A stretch of DNA of 64,000 nucleotides from Bacilli bacterium. Lineage in GTDB: Bacteria > Bacillota_I > Bacilli_A > RFN20 > CAG-826. Shown in pieces: positions 29,534 through 40,382 of the stretch (positions are counted from its first letter, which is position 1; each line of letters opens with the position of its first letter). The DNA is taken from contig JAQWCH010000002.1 in NCBI GenBank assembly GCA_028705995.1, positions 22,398 through 86,397 on the forward strand. Reading direction: 5' to 3'. The notes under the pieces are model-generated. The model had not been told where the DNA came from. It did not search any database and saw only the letters and a program-made list of their open reading frames with translations. Position numbers and translations under genes: made by a program.

Positions 29534-29713
29534 TTAACGACGACGACTTTTGCGACGGGCTTGTTCGGACTTTAATTTCCGTTTGAGTCCCGGCTTAACA
29601 TAGAACTCGCGTTTACGTGCTTCCGTTAAGGTGCCAGCTTTATTGACTTGGCGTTTAAAGCGACGTAGAGCTTCATCTAACGATTCGTTATCACGAACGA
29701 TTGTCTTTGGCAT
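29534..29713 (-). CDS. rpsU: 30S ribosomal protein S21 (not in ORF track)
   Basis: Translated by hand: [59 protein letters not shown]. Confidence 0.96.
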   Translation of the reverse strand: MPKTIVRDNESLDEALRRFKRQVNKAGTLTEARKREFYVKPGLKRKLKSEQARRKSRRR

Positions 29714-29997
29714 TTTCTCAACTCCTTCCGAAAGCAGGTAGCTTAAATCGTGTTAATTATAACGGCTCTAATTAATTAATGCAATGAAAATGTATAAAAA
29801 ATAAATATAAGTTGATTAAAAAATGTTTCACGGCGGAAAAGCAAGATGATTACAAACTTTTTCTTTTCTAAGCCACGGACAAAAACTTTGTCTTTTTGAA
29901 ATATTAAAACTATAAAACTACTATATTAATACTATTATTAAACTTAATTAAAAACCTTGTCGTTCATTGATGAGGTTTTACTACTTGTTCTATCTGC

Positions 29998-30633
29998 TTA
30001 GATAATTGATGGTCCGCTGGATGTCCCGATACGACTTGCACCGGCTTTCACCATCGCTAAAAGGTCTTCATGTGTCTTTACACCACCACTAGCTTTCACG
30101 CCAATATTCGGTCCAACAGTCTCCCGCATTAAGCGCACATCTTCGACTGTCGCGCCACCTTTTGAAAATCCAGTTGATGTTTTAACAAAATCAGCACCCG
30201 CAGCAACTGCCAATTTGCAGGCGCGGACTTTTTCTTCGTTTGTTAACAAAGCAGTTTCGATTATGACTTTTAATAAATGGCCATCGGTCGCAACTTTGAT
30301 CGCGCGAATTTCATCTTCGACTTTTTGGTTTTTCCCAGTTTTAAGATCGCCGATGTTGATCACCATATCGATTTCATCAGCACCATCTTTCACCGCATTG
30401 CGTGTTTCCTGCACTTTGCTAGTTGTTGACATTGCGCCAAGTGGAAAACCAATCACTGTGCAAACTTTTACGCTACTGCCTGCTAATTCCTGAGCAACAA
30501 GTGGGACAAAACAGCCATTAACGCAAACGCTCGCAAAATCGAGTTCACGGGCTTCCTGGCAAATCTTTTTAACATCTTGCTCAGTTGCATCAGCGCGAAG
30601 AATAGTATGATCGATTAATTTGTTGTAGTTCAT
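29998..30633 (-). CDS. deoC: Deoxyribose-phosphate aldolase
   Basis: [52 protein letters not shown]. Confidence 0.95.
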   Translation of the reverse strand: MNYNKLIDHTILRADATEQDVKKICQEARELDFASVCVNGCFVPLVAQELAGSSVKVCTVIGFPLGAMSTTSKVQETRNAVKDGADEIDMVINIGDLKTGKNQKVEDEIRAIKVATDGHLLKVIIETALLTNEEKVRACKLAVAAGADFVKTSTGFSKGGATVEDVRLMRETVGPNIGVKASGGVKTHEDLLAMVKAGASRIGTSSGPSII

Positions 30634-30652
30634 ATTTCTTTTACTCCTTTTT

Positions 30653-30991
30653 TTATGGTAATAAAATTCCCACAATCATCAAAATGATGAAGATGTACAT
30701 AATAAAACCAACAATTGTACATATATTATATACTTTCCACGTGAATTGGTGCGTTTTTTTTGATACGCGACGCATCAAACTGATTCCGACGAACGGCACA
30801 AATACAATTAGAATGGCGCGCCAAATACTCGGAATGTCATTAGGATTCACACTGGATAAATTGGGATCAAGTTCAGAATCATTTTCAGCATGCATTTGTT
30901 GATACACTTCTGGAGTTAATTTATAACCACAGTTTGGGCACTTACTAGCTAAGCTACTCGTGATTTCATGATGACAATTTGGGCATTTCAT
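30653..30991 (-). CDS. Zinc-ribbon membrane protein (hypothetical), possibly leaderless
   Basis: CPNC...CPNCG then 2 TM segments; ATG is 6 nt after TATAAT. Confidence 0.7.
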   Translation of the reverse strand: MKCPNCHHEITSSLASKCPNCGYKLTPEVYQQMHAENDSELDPNLSSVNPNDIPSIWRAILIVFVPFVGISLMRRVSKKTHQFTWKVYNICTIVGFIMYIFIILMIVGILLP

Positions 30992-31062
30992 ATTAGCATT
31001 ATACACTTTCATTCAATTAATGAATAAATAAAAAGCTCTCATATGAGAGCGATTTATTCGGA

Positions 31063-31419
31063 TTATTCGCTAACGACTTTTTGTTTTTTAGCGGTTGGTT
31101 TTCTACTGGTGACTGGTTTTTTGACTTTTGCGGCCTTTGCAGCAGGGGCTTTTTTACCACTTGCTTTTGCAGCTTCATCGCTACCAGCAGCTTCAGTTTT
31201 GGTTTTCGCGCTCTTTTTCTTTGTCTCAACGGCTTTTTCTTCAGCTTTTAAGCCTAAGACATTTTCGCCTTGATAGAAACCACATTTTGGACATACAGTG
31301 TGGGCGGGAATTAACGCACCACAATTACTGCAGGTTACAAGACCAGTAACATGTAATTTAAAATGCGTGCGCCGCATTCTTTTTTTCGTTTTCGAAGTTC
31401 GCCTGAAAGGTACTGCCAT
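31063..31419 (-). CDS. rpmF: 50S ribosomal protein L32 with ~60-aa Lys/Ala-rich C-terminal tail
   Basis: [19 protein letters not shown]...CSNCG...[10 protein letters not shown]; hairpin GCTCTC-atat-GAGAGC downstream. Confidence 0.93.
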   Translation of the reverse strand: MAVPFRRTSKTKKRMRRTHFKLHVTGLVTCSNCGALIPAHTVCPKCGFYQGENVLGLKAEEKAVETKKKSAKTKTEAAGSDEAAKASGKKAPAAKAAKVKKPVTSRKPTAKKQKVVSE

Positions 31420-31556
31420 AATTGCATCCTCCTAGATAAAAATTACTCGCTTATTATAACGAGCATTTACCGGCTTTGCAACATTTTTTATACATTTTAT
31501 GAAAAAAAACTTATTTTGTTGATGAACATTAGGTTTTTTTACTATACAGTGTATAG

Positions 31557-32825
31557 TTATTTGTATATAATATCGACCATTTTACCGATTAAAGAGGTCT
31601 TCGATTGCGTTTTTACGTAGATATAATTTGATGAATGACCGCGATAAACATTTTCGGCTGGATCGTAATCTTCAAATATCACACTAAGTGGTTGATTAAT
31701 GAATTTATTTGTATATTGGTTAACAAGTTCTTCGTTCAATGCCAAGAGATTTCTTACACGTTCTTTTTTGATCTGAGGCAAAATTTGATTAGGCATGCGA
31801 CTTGCCAAAGTGCGCGTGCGCGCTGAGAAAGGGAACACATGTAGACGCGCAAATCCAATGGTCTTAATAAAATCACGAGTTTCATTAAATTCTTCTTCGC
31901 TTTCACCTGGAAAACCGACGATAACATCTGTTGTGATTGCAATATCGGGAATCGCTTGACGAATTTCAGCAATTTTATCAATAAATGATGTGACATCATA
32001 CTTTCGATGCATGCGTTTTAGGACACTTGAACTACCACTTTGTAATGGAATATGTAAGTGGCGCGCAATCCGTTTGTCATCGCGAATTAATTCGATTAAT
32101 TCTTTTGAAATTTCGCTTTCCTCAATTGAAGAAATGCGTAAACGCTTTATATCTGGCACTTCGATCAACATTTGTTTAATTAATGTAAATAGCGATGTTC
32201 CATCTTGAAAGTCTTGACCATAACCGCCGGTGTGAATTCCCGTTAAAATAATTTCCGGATACCCTTTTTGAATGATAATTTTCGCCTCGTTAATGATATC
32301 ATTCATGGCCCGCGATCGCATTTTACCGCGCGTTAGAGGAATAATACAATATGAGCAGAAATTATCGCAGCCATCTTGGATTTTAAGATATACACGGACA
32401 TTTTCTGTTGCACTGGTTAAACCGAGTTCTTCATAGGAAAAATTACGAGAATCTTTATCAACAAGCGTAATTTGTTTTTTATCTTCTTGATATTTTTTGA
32501 TTAATTCAGGAATTAAATGCCGATTTGATGCCCCAATAATGATTGCAACGCCGGGAATTTCTTCAATACTCGCGAGGGCAATTTGACTATAGCAGCCCAT
32601 CACGACAATAATTGCTTCGGGATGATTTTTAATTTCTTTGCGAATTTGTTGACGGCTCTTTTGGTCACTCGTGCTTGTTACTGAACATGTATTAATGATG
32701 ACAACATCAATGTTTTCTTCACTAAGTCCGTGATGAAAGCCAGCATTTTCTAAAAGAGCGCCGATTGCGCCGCTTTCATAAAAATTAACCTTACAACCAA
32801 GCGTGACGAGTTTATAATTCATCAT
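31557..32825 (-). CDS. mtaB: tRNA methylthiotransferase MtaB
   Basis: TLGCKVNFYE, INTCSVT..SDQKSRQ, KIQDGCDNFCSYC, LTGIH.GGYG. Confidence 0.92.
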   Translation of the reverse strand: MMNYKLVTLGCKVNFYESGAIGALLENAGFHHGLSEENIDVVIINTCSVTSTSDQKSRQQIRKEIKNHPEAIIVVMGCYSQIALASIEEIPGVAIIIGASNRHLIPELIKKYQEDKKQITLVDKDSRNFSYEELGLTSATENVRVYLKIQDGCDNFCSYCIIPLTRGKMRSRAMNDIINEAKIIIQKGYPEIILTGIHTGGYGQDFQDGTSLFTLIKQMLIEVPDIKRLRISSIEESEISKELIELIRDDKRIARHLHIPLQSGSSSVLKRMHRKYDVTSFIDKIAEIRQAIPDIAITTDVIVGFPGESEEEFNETRDFIKTIGFARLHVFPFSARTRTLASRMPNQILPQIKKERVRNLLALNEELVNQYTNKFINQPLSVIFEDYDPAENVYRGHSSNYIYVKTQSKTSLIGKMVDIIYK

Positions 32826-33606
32826 CACTACCACTTATTGGAGATTTCATTCCAAGCAGACGTGCGTATGCATGATTCGAAATGAGTTTTTGATTAAATA
32901 AAGCGGAAATCATTCCACTGCGGTCACCATTAAAAAAGGCGCGGACAACCGGTGCTAAACGATCAATCATGTGATTAGTCGAGAATTTTTTCATCCGCCG
33001 ATCAAATAGGGGAATACTGACATCAAGTCGTCCTTGATCATTGATGAAATAAAGTGTCATGAAATCTAGATGATAGTATGCGCGCGCACTTCCTTGACCA
33101 CCAATTTCAACTAACGAAGTAAAGTTAGATGAATATAAAGCGAAATTGTATTGTTCAAACGGATCAAGAATATCGCTGTTTTCTGCGGGATTGAGCACTT
33201 GATATGTTGTATAGAGCTCATTAACCGCCTTTTTTTGCCACAAAAGATTGAGGCTACGCGAATATAGTGGCACATAAATCCGAATACCCGCATCTTCGAA
33301 ATATGGCCGATTACGAAGCGCCTCATGTAAGCGTTTAGTGCGGCTATCTTCACTAATTTGTTGTTTATTTAGTAATAGTTGATTAATTTTTTCTAATTCT
33401 TGGTTAATGATAATTTGATTCTCTAGACCAAGGATAACTATATTTGCCCGCAAATAATCAAATGGGGTACGAATCGTCGCTAAATGTTGATATAGCGGAC
33501 TGGCGAGTAAAATATTTTGATGAGCAAAGAAAAAAGTGCCATCCGGTGTATCTTCGTAATGGCGGACTTTTTGTTGACTTGTTAGATATTTATAAATGTG
33601 AACCAT
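32812..33606 (-). CDS. Hypothetical soluble protein
   Basis: 264-aa ORF abutting the upstream gene and overlapping mtaB; no motif recognised. Confidence 0.7.
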   Translation of the reverse strand: MVHIYKYLTSQQKVRHYEDTPDGTFFFAHQNILLASPLYQHLATIRTPFDYLRANIVILGLENQIIINQELEKINQLLLNKQQISEDSRTKRLHEALRNRPYFEDAGIRIYVPLYSRSLNLLWQKKAVNELYTTYQVLNPAENSDILDPFEQYNFALYSSNFTSLVEIGGQGSARAYYHLDFMTLYFINDQGRLDVSIPLFDRRMKKFSTNHMIDRLAPVVRAFFNGDRSGMISALFNQKLISNHAYARLLGMKSPISGSDDEL

Positions 33607-34044
33607 TTACTTTAAAAATTCTCCAGTCGCATCCTTAACATCGCGGGCAATTCGATAATAAAGAGCGATACCAATATTCACTAGCCAAAGCAGTCCAAAA
33701 ACAATTATCAGTGCTTGATACCATGGTATTTGCGTTGTTAGAGCAGCTAAAGTTGTGAGTCCACCAATTAAAACTAGATGGGCACTCAGCCATAACCACG
33801 CCCGTTTTTTGTAACCAAGATAAAAAAATCCCGCCCCAGAATACCCTAGCAAACAAAAGAAGATAAATGTAAGAAAACGCGATCTCTGTTGATAAAGCGC
33901 ATAATCTGGCTCAACGGGATCTAAAAAACTTGTATCATTAACGGTTTGTTCTTTTTTCACCCGAATCGGGTTAATTACACCACAAACCGGACAATATTTC
34001 TCTTGGTCATCTATCAATGAACCACAATTACGACACTTGCCCAT
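33607..34044 (-). CDS. Zinc-ribbon plus TM2-like membrane protein
   Basis: CRNCG...YCPVCG, then LLGYSGAGFFYLG (TM2-like) and 2 more TM segments. Confidence 0.7.
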   Translation of the reverse strand: MGKCRNCGSLIDDQEKYCPVCGVINPIRVKKEQTVNDTSFLDPVEPDYALYQQRSRFLTFIFFCLLGYSGAGFFYLGYKKRAWLWLSAHLVLIGGLTTLAALTTQIPWYQALIIVFGLLWLVNIGIALYYRIARDVKDATGEFLK

Positions 34045-34130
34045 AGCTGCTTACTCCTGTTAGTTTCTATTATAGCGAAAAGCAAACAATAATTTAAGCC
34101 TAAAGGATAGCTTTTTTTCTTGCCCGGCCA

Positions 34131-34157
34131 TAAAAAAACACCGAATTGCTTCGGTGT
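34131..34157 (-). terminator. dnaJ operon terminator
   Basis: ACACCGAA-ttgc-TTCGGTGT with a + strand A-run. Confidence 0.8.
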
Positions 34158-34162
34158 CAAAA

Positions 34163-35281
34163 TTAACTGTTAAAGAAGTTGAGAAAACGCTCGATAAATG
34201 ATGGATCTTTTTGATCTTCTTCTTGAAGTTTTTTCAATAAATCACGCTGTTTTTTGTTGAGGTTTGTTGGTGTCTGAACATCCACTTCCACATACTGATC
34301 ACCAGATACACCCCGCAGGCCTTTAATCCCTTTGCCGCGCATCCGCAATTTGGTATGTGGTTGAATACCAGCAGGAATTTTCAGTTTGACTTTTCCATAA
34401 ACCGTTGGAACATCGATTTCAGTTCCAAGAGCAGCAGAGGCAAAGTCAAGCGGAATTTTTAAATGAATATCATTACCATCGCGAACAAAATATTTATGCG
34501 TGCGAATGTTAATTTCTAAATATAAATCGCCATTGGGTCCCCCACTTTGGCCACGGGAACCTTTACCCGGAATGCGAATTTGTTGACCAGAATTAATTCC
34601 AGCGGGAATTTTAACATTAATTTTTGTTTTAACACGTTCATATCCACTGCCATTACAGACGTGGCACTTATTTTTGATTGTTTTCCCACTTCCGCCACAG
34701 GTCGGACAAGTTTGTGTTGATTGCATTGTGCCAAAAATAGTTTGGCGCGCACCAGTTACATGTCCACTACCATTACAAGTTGGACAAGTTTGTACGTCTT
34801 CTGGTGTTTCTCCGCCAGACCCATGACAGTGATGACACACTTGATCATAAGTAACGTTTAATGGATAATCAATTCCATTAATCGCATCCATAAAATCAAT
34901 TGTAATCTTTGCTAATGAATCATTTCCGCGACTCGGTCCGCTCGGCCGCCGTGAGCGCGAACCGCCAAAAAACGAGCCAAAAATATCACCTAGATCAATA
35001 TCATCAAACCCACTACCTCTAAAACCACCACTAAACGGATTTTGTTCACCGGTGCCATCGAAGGCTGAATGACCAAATTGATCGTAAGTTTGGCGTTTTT
35101 TATCATCTTTTAATATTTCATAAGCTTCTTGAACTTCTTTAAAATTTTCTTCGGCATCTGGACTTTTATTAATATCAGGATGATATTTTTTGGCCAGTTT
35201 CCGATAGGCATTTTTAATCTCGTCGGCCGAGGCATTACGACTGACGCCGAGTACTTCATAATAATCACGTTTTTCTGCCAT
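34163..35281 (-). CDS. dnaJ: Chaperone DnaJ
   Basis: [13 protein letters not shown] region, four CxxCxGxG repeats. Confidence 0.97.
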   Translation of the reverse strand: MAEKRDYYEVLGVSRNASADEIKNAYRKLAKKYHPDINKSPDAEENFKEVQEAYEILKDDKKRQTYDQFGHSAFDGTGEQNPFSGGFRGSGFDDIDLGDIFGSFFGGSRSRRPSGPSRGNDSLAKITIDFMDAINGIDYPLNVTYDQVCHHCHGSGGETPEDVQTCPTCNGSGHVTGARQTIFGTMQSTQTCPTCGGSGKTIKNKCHVCNGSGYERVKTKINVKIPAGINSGQQIRIPGKGSRGQSGGPNGDLYLEINIRTHKYFVRDGNDIHLKIPLDFASAALGTEIDVPTVYGKVKLKIPAGIQPHTKLRMRGKGIKGLRGVSGDQYVEVDVQTPTNLNKKQRDLLKKLQEEDQKDPSFIERFLNFFNS

Positions 35282-35306
35282 AGTCGGCCTCCTCACTTAG
35301 TTACAA

Positions 35307-35335
35307 AGCAAGATGGGAGGAATTCCCACCTTGCT
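35307..35335 (-). other. dnaK-dnaJ intergenic stem-loop (partial terminator or mRNA stabiliser)
   Basis: AGCAAGATGGGA...TCCCACCTTGCT inverted repeat with a weak U-tail. Confidence 0.55.
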
Positions 35336-35350
35336 CAGTTTTTTGCATCA

Positions 35351-37192
<1,842 letters not shown>

Positions 37193-37222
37193 TTATCGTT
37201 ATAAATTTTATTACCAATCCAC

Positions 37223-37840
37223 CTAAGCAAGCGTGGATGATTGGCCATCATTTTGTTCATCAACATTCGTTTCTTCTTGCGTAACTGGTTCAGGGAGCTT
37301 CGAAACGATAACCATCGCGGCCCGCACCATCCGATCGTGTAGTTTATAGCCTTTAGCATACACGCGCACGACCGTATTTGGCGGATAGTCTTCATGCACT
37401 TCGGTATCTAAGGCATGCATGAACTCGCCATTAAAGGCCTCACCAATTTTAGGAGCATACTCACTAATTCCTTCGTTTTCTAATGCTTCTACAAATTGAC
37501 GATAGATGTATTGGAAACCAGTTAAATAATTTTTAAGAACTGGATCCGTTGGTTCATTGGTGAGCGCGACATGGAATGAATCCAATACGGGAATTAAGCG
37601 ATCAACAAATCCATAAGCACGATATTTAATTGCCGAGCGATGATCTTGATCATATTGCTTTTTCAGATTTTCTGTGTCGGCAAATGCGCGGTAATACTTA
37701 TCTTTCCATGCTTGAAGTTCTTTTTCTAACTTTTCTTTTTCTTCGAGCAAACTTTGATAACGCCGTTTACTCACGCGACCTTCTTTAATATCTTTTTCGT
37801 CCTCAAGTTCAACTTTAGGATTTTTCTTATCTTCTTTCAT
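37223..37840 (-). CDS. grpE: Nucleotide exchange factor GrpE
   Basis: ADTENLKK, KGYKLHDRMVRAAMVIV; synteny. Confidence 0.95.
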   Translation of the reverse strand: MKEDKKNPKVELEDEKDIKEGRVSKRRYQSLLEEKEKLEKELQAWKDKYYRAFADTENLKKQYDQDHRSAIKYRAYGFVDRLIPVLDSFHVALTNEPTDPVLKNYLTGFQYIYRQFVEALENEGISEYAPKIGEAFNGEFMHALDTEVHEDYPPNTVVRVYAKGYKLHDRMVRAAMVIVSKLPEPVTQEETNVDEQNDGQSSTLA

Positions 37841-37855
37841 ACAATCACGACCTTT

Positions 37856-38869
37856 CTATTCATCGCTATTTGTTTGGAAATATTCTTCGAGCTCATGGAC
37901 AACATATTCGAGTGTACTGACGACTTTGCCATAGTCCATTCTTGTCGGACCAACAACTGCAATTTGTCCACGTTTGTTGTTACCAAGATTAACAGTCGCG
38001 GAGATGACTGATAAATCTTTATCTTGTTCGGGATTACCAATCTTGATATTGATTTCTTCATCTCCTTGAGCAAGCCGAGCGAGTTCTTCAGGATTATCGA
38101 GTAGTGAGAGCAGTTTTTTTATTTTACTCGCATCATCACGATATTCCGGTTGATCAAGTAAATCTCTTTTACCAAATAATTCTAGACGTTCCCGCGCATA
38201 GCGTAGGAATGCATCGGCGAATGCTTGGAAGATAACTTGATGCTCGATAACATAATCAGTTAAAATCGGTGCTAATGCTTCCATTTTGTCCACAACTTGA
38301 TCAATTGGTGTTCCAACTAGGCGCTTATTTAAGATAACAACACAATCTTTTACTTCTTTGATAGAGGTCGCCGGTGGAACAACAAATGTTTTGTTCTCGA
38401 CATAGCCTTGATCAGTAACAAATATTGCCGTCGCTAGGGTGTCATTTAGCGGAATCACTTGAATGGAAACAAGGTGTTCATCACGGGCACTTGGTCCGAG
38501 GACAACAGAAGCAAGATTAGTCATATGTGCCAGAATTTGCACACTTTCATTGATGACATTCGCCATACTTTTATGTTTATCCGCTAAAATTGTCTGTAAC
38601 TGCATTTTAACTTGATCATCAACGCCATGTTCACGTAAATGTTCGACGTAGTAACGATAACCAGCGCTTGATGGCACGCGTCCAGATGAAGTGTGAGTTT
38701 TTTCAATTAAGCCATCAATTTCTAGACTATTCATCTCCGCGCGAATTGTCGCGGATGAATAGGGAATCGCAAATTCGTCAATCAAGGTCTGCGAGCCAAC
38801 TGGAACAGCTTTTTTGACAAAGTATTCGACAATGAGTTTTAATATTTGATCACGACGAGATAGTTCCAT
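37856..38869 (-). CDS. hrcA: Heat-inducible repressor HrcA
   Basis: PVGS, SSATIR.EM..LE, HTSSGRVPS..GYRYYV, GPTRMDY. Confidence 0.96.
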   Translation of the reverse strand: MELSRRDQILKLIVEYFVKKAVPVGSQTLIDEFAIPYSSATIRAEMNSLEIDGLIEKTHTSSGRVPSSAGYRYYVEHLREHGVDDQVKMQLQTILADKHKSMANVINESVQILAHMTNLASVVLGPSARDEHLVSIQVIPLNDTLATAIFVTDQGYVENKTFVVPPATSIKEVKDCVVILNKRLVGTPIDQVVDKMEALAPILTDYVIEHQVIFQAFADAFLRYARERLELFGKRDLLDQPEYRDDASKIKKLLSLLDNPEELARLAQGDEEINIKIGNPEQDKDLSVISATVNLGNNKRGQIAVVGPTRMDYGKVVSTLEYVVHELEEYFQTNSDE

Positions 38870-38881
38870 ACTCCGACCTTT

Positions 38882-38908
38882 CTAGCACTCAATTATCCTA
38901 AGTGCTAA
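38882..38908. promoter_or_regulatory. CIRCE element 1
   Basis: CTAGCACTC-N9-AAGTGCTAA versus consensus TTAGCACTC-N9-GAGTGCTAA. Confidence 0.9.
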
Positions 38909-38912
38909 TTAC

Positions 38913-38940
38913 ATTATAAGCAGATTTTTGGCACTGTCAA
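38913..38940 (-). promoter_or_regulatory. SigA promoter of the hrcA operon
   Basis: TTGACA-16 nt-TATAAT on the minus strand. Confidence 0.8.
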
Positions 38941-38954
38941 CAATTAAGTGCTAA
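38928..38954. promoter_or_regulatory. CIRCE element 2, overlapping the -35 box
   Basis: TTGGCACTG-N9-AAGTGCTAA. Confidence 0.8.
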
Positions 38955-39016
38955 AAAAGTTAAATAAAATAAAAAACGCTGATGAATAGCGTGTTTTAAG
39001 ATGGATTTTTTTAAAT

Positions 39017-40108
39017 TTATACTAAATGCGTGAGTAAATAATCAAGTTTTATTAACCCTTCATCAGTCGCATAGAAGCGTTCATCTTTGCATTCATATAA
39101 TTGATAAGGACGAAGCAAATCAAGACTTTTTTGATAACGCGTTAAAAAATCAATCCCAAAAAGTGTTTGATATTCTTGTAAAGAAAATCCTTCTTTTAAA
39201 CGCAAATTTAACAAAAGGTATTCTTGTTCTTGTTGAATAAGGTCAATTTCTTCCTTACTCGCGATAAAAAAACCTTTAAGATAATCTTTTATTTTGCGCG
39301 TATTAATATAACGATAACTATTTAGATAACCACTTGCACCAAGACCAACAGCAAAATAATATTGATTCCGCCAATAAATCCGATTATGTTGAGACTCAAA
39401 ACCGGGCTTAGCAAATGACGATATTTCATAGCGTTCATAGCCATGGCGGCGGGCTTCGTTTAATAAGTAGTCATAATATTGGCGACTTACATCTTCATCA
39501 ATCTGTTTTATTCCGCGCTGCATAAATGGTGTATTGGGTTCAACGATCAAACTGTATGCTGATAAGTGTTCAATTTGAAGACTAAGAGCTGTCGCCACAT
39601 CGAGTGCCCAGATATCTAATGTTTGAGCAGGTAAACCATAAATTAAGTCAATACTAATATTGTGAAAACCAACTGCACGAGCATCGGCAATAACTTTTTC
39701 AACAAGTGCACGGTCATGTTTACGCCCAGCACGGGTTAACACTTCACGATTAAAAGATTGCACACCAAATGAAAGGCGATTGACACCATGCTTTTTTGCT
39801 AGCAACAATTTCGTGTGTGTACAATTTTCAATATTCGCTTCGATACTATATTCTTTAACTCCGTGAACGTAGGGAGCAACTATATCAAGTAGATGGGCAA
39901 ATTGATCTTCATCAAGCGCCGTTGGAGTCCCACCACCAATAAAAACTGTTTTTAAATCCGCTGGGTGATAAAAATCAAGTTCTTGCGCGAGTATCAATAA
40001 ATAATCATCGACTAATTGGCGATGATAAAGCATCTTTGTGAAGTCACAATATGGGCATAAATGCTGACAAAATGGAATGTGGATGTAAAGAGCTTGTGGT
40101 TTATTCAT
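39017..40108 (-). CDS. hemW: Radical SAM heme chaperone HemW (HemN-like)
   Basis: LYIHIPFCQHLCPYCDF, GGGTPT, RLSFGVQSF, DLIYGLP, YEISSF, HN..YW. Confidence 0.9.
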   Translation of the reverse strand: MNKPQALYIHIPFCQHLCPYCDFTKMLYHRQLVDDYLLILAQELDFYHPADLKTVFIGGGTPTALDEDQFAHLLDIVAPYVHGVKEYSIEANIENCTHTKLLLAKKHGVNRLSFGVQSFNREVLTRAGRKHDRALVEKVIADARAVGFHNISIDLIYGLPAQTLDIWALDVATALSLQIEHLSAYSLIVEPNTPFMQRGIKQIDEDVSRQYYDYLLNEARRHGYERYEISSFAKPGFESQHNRIYWRNQYYFAVGLGASGYLNSYRYINTRKIKDYLKGFFIASKEEIDLIQQEQEYLLLNLRLKEGFSLQEYQTLFGIDFLTRYQKSLDLLRPYQLYECKDERFYATDEGLIKLDYLLTHLV

Positions 40109-40370
40109 CCGTTGGTTTTTGTTCAGATTCTACATCCTGTTCAGCATCTTCAGTATCTTCAGTTGATTTTTCTTCTTCAATCGGGACAAGAACGCGGTCT
40201 AATTCCTCTTGGATGCGCGTTTGTTCATCAACTTCTTGAACTTCATCTTCTTTTTTGATGCCAGGGACAAATTTGGATACAAGGAAAACGACTAAGGCAA
40301 TCAAACTAAAAAAACCGACTATGAGGATTAAGATTGCCCATGATGGTAATGGATCTGCGAGGAAATTCAT
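40101..40370 (-). CDS. Small single-TM protein with acidic tail (hypothetical)
   Basis: N-terminal TM, E/D-rich tail, AAGGAG RBS, overlaps the hemW start. Confidence 0.65.
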   Translation of the reverse strand: MNFLADPLPSWAILILIVGFFSLIALVVFLVSKFVPGIKKEDEVQEVDEQTRIQEELDRVLVPIEEEKSTEDTEDAEQDVESEQKPTDE

Positions 40371-40382
40371 AAATGCTCCTTA

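Noticed and set aside
29730..29997. Long AT-rich spacer upstream of rpsU as a possible ncRNA
   Set aside because: Only a weak deoC terminator-like hairpin and promoter-like sequence were seen; no recognisable RNA family
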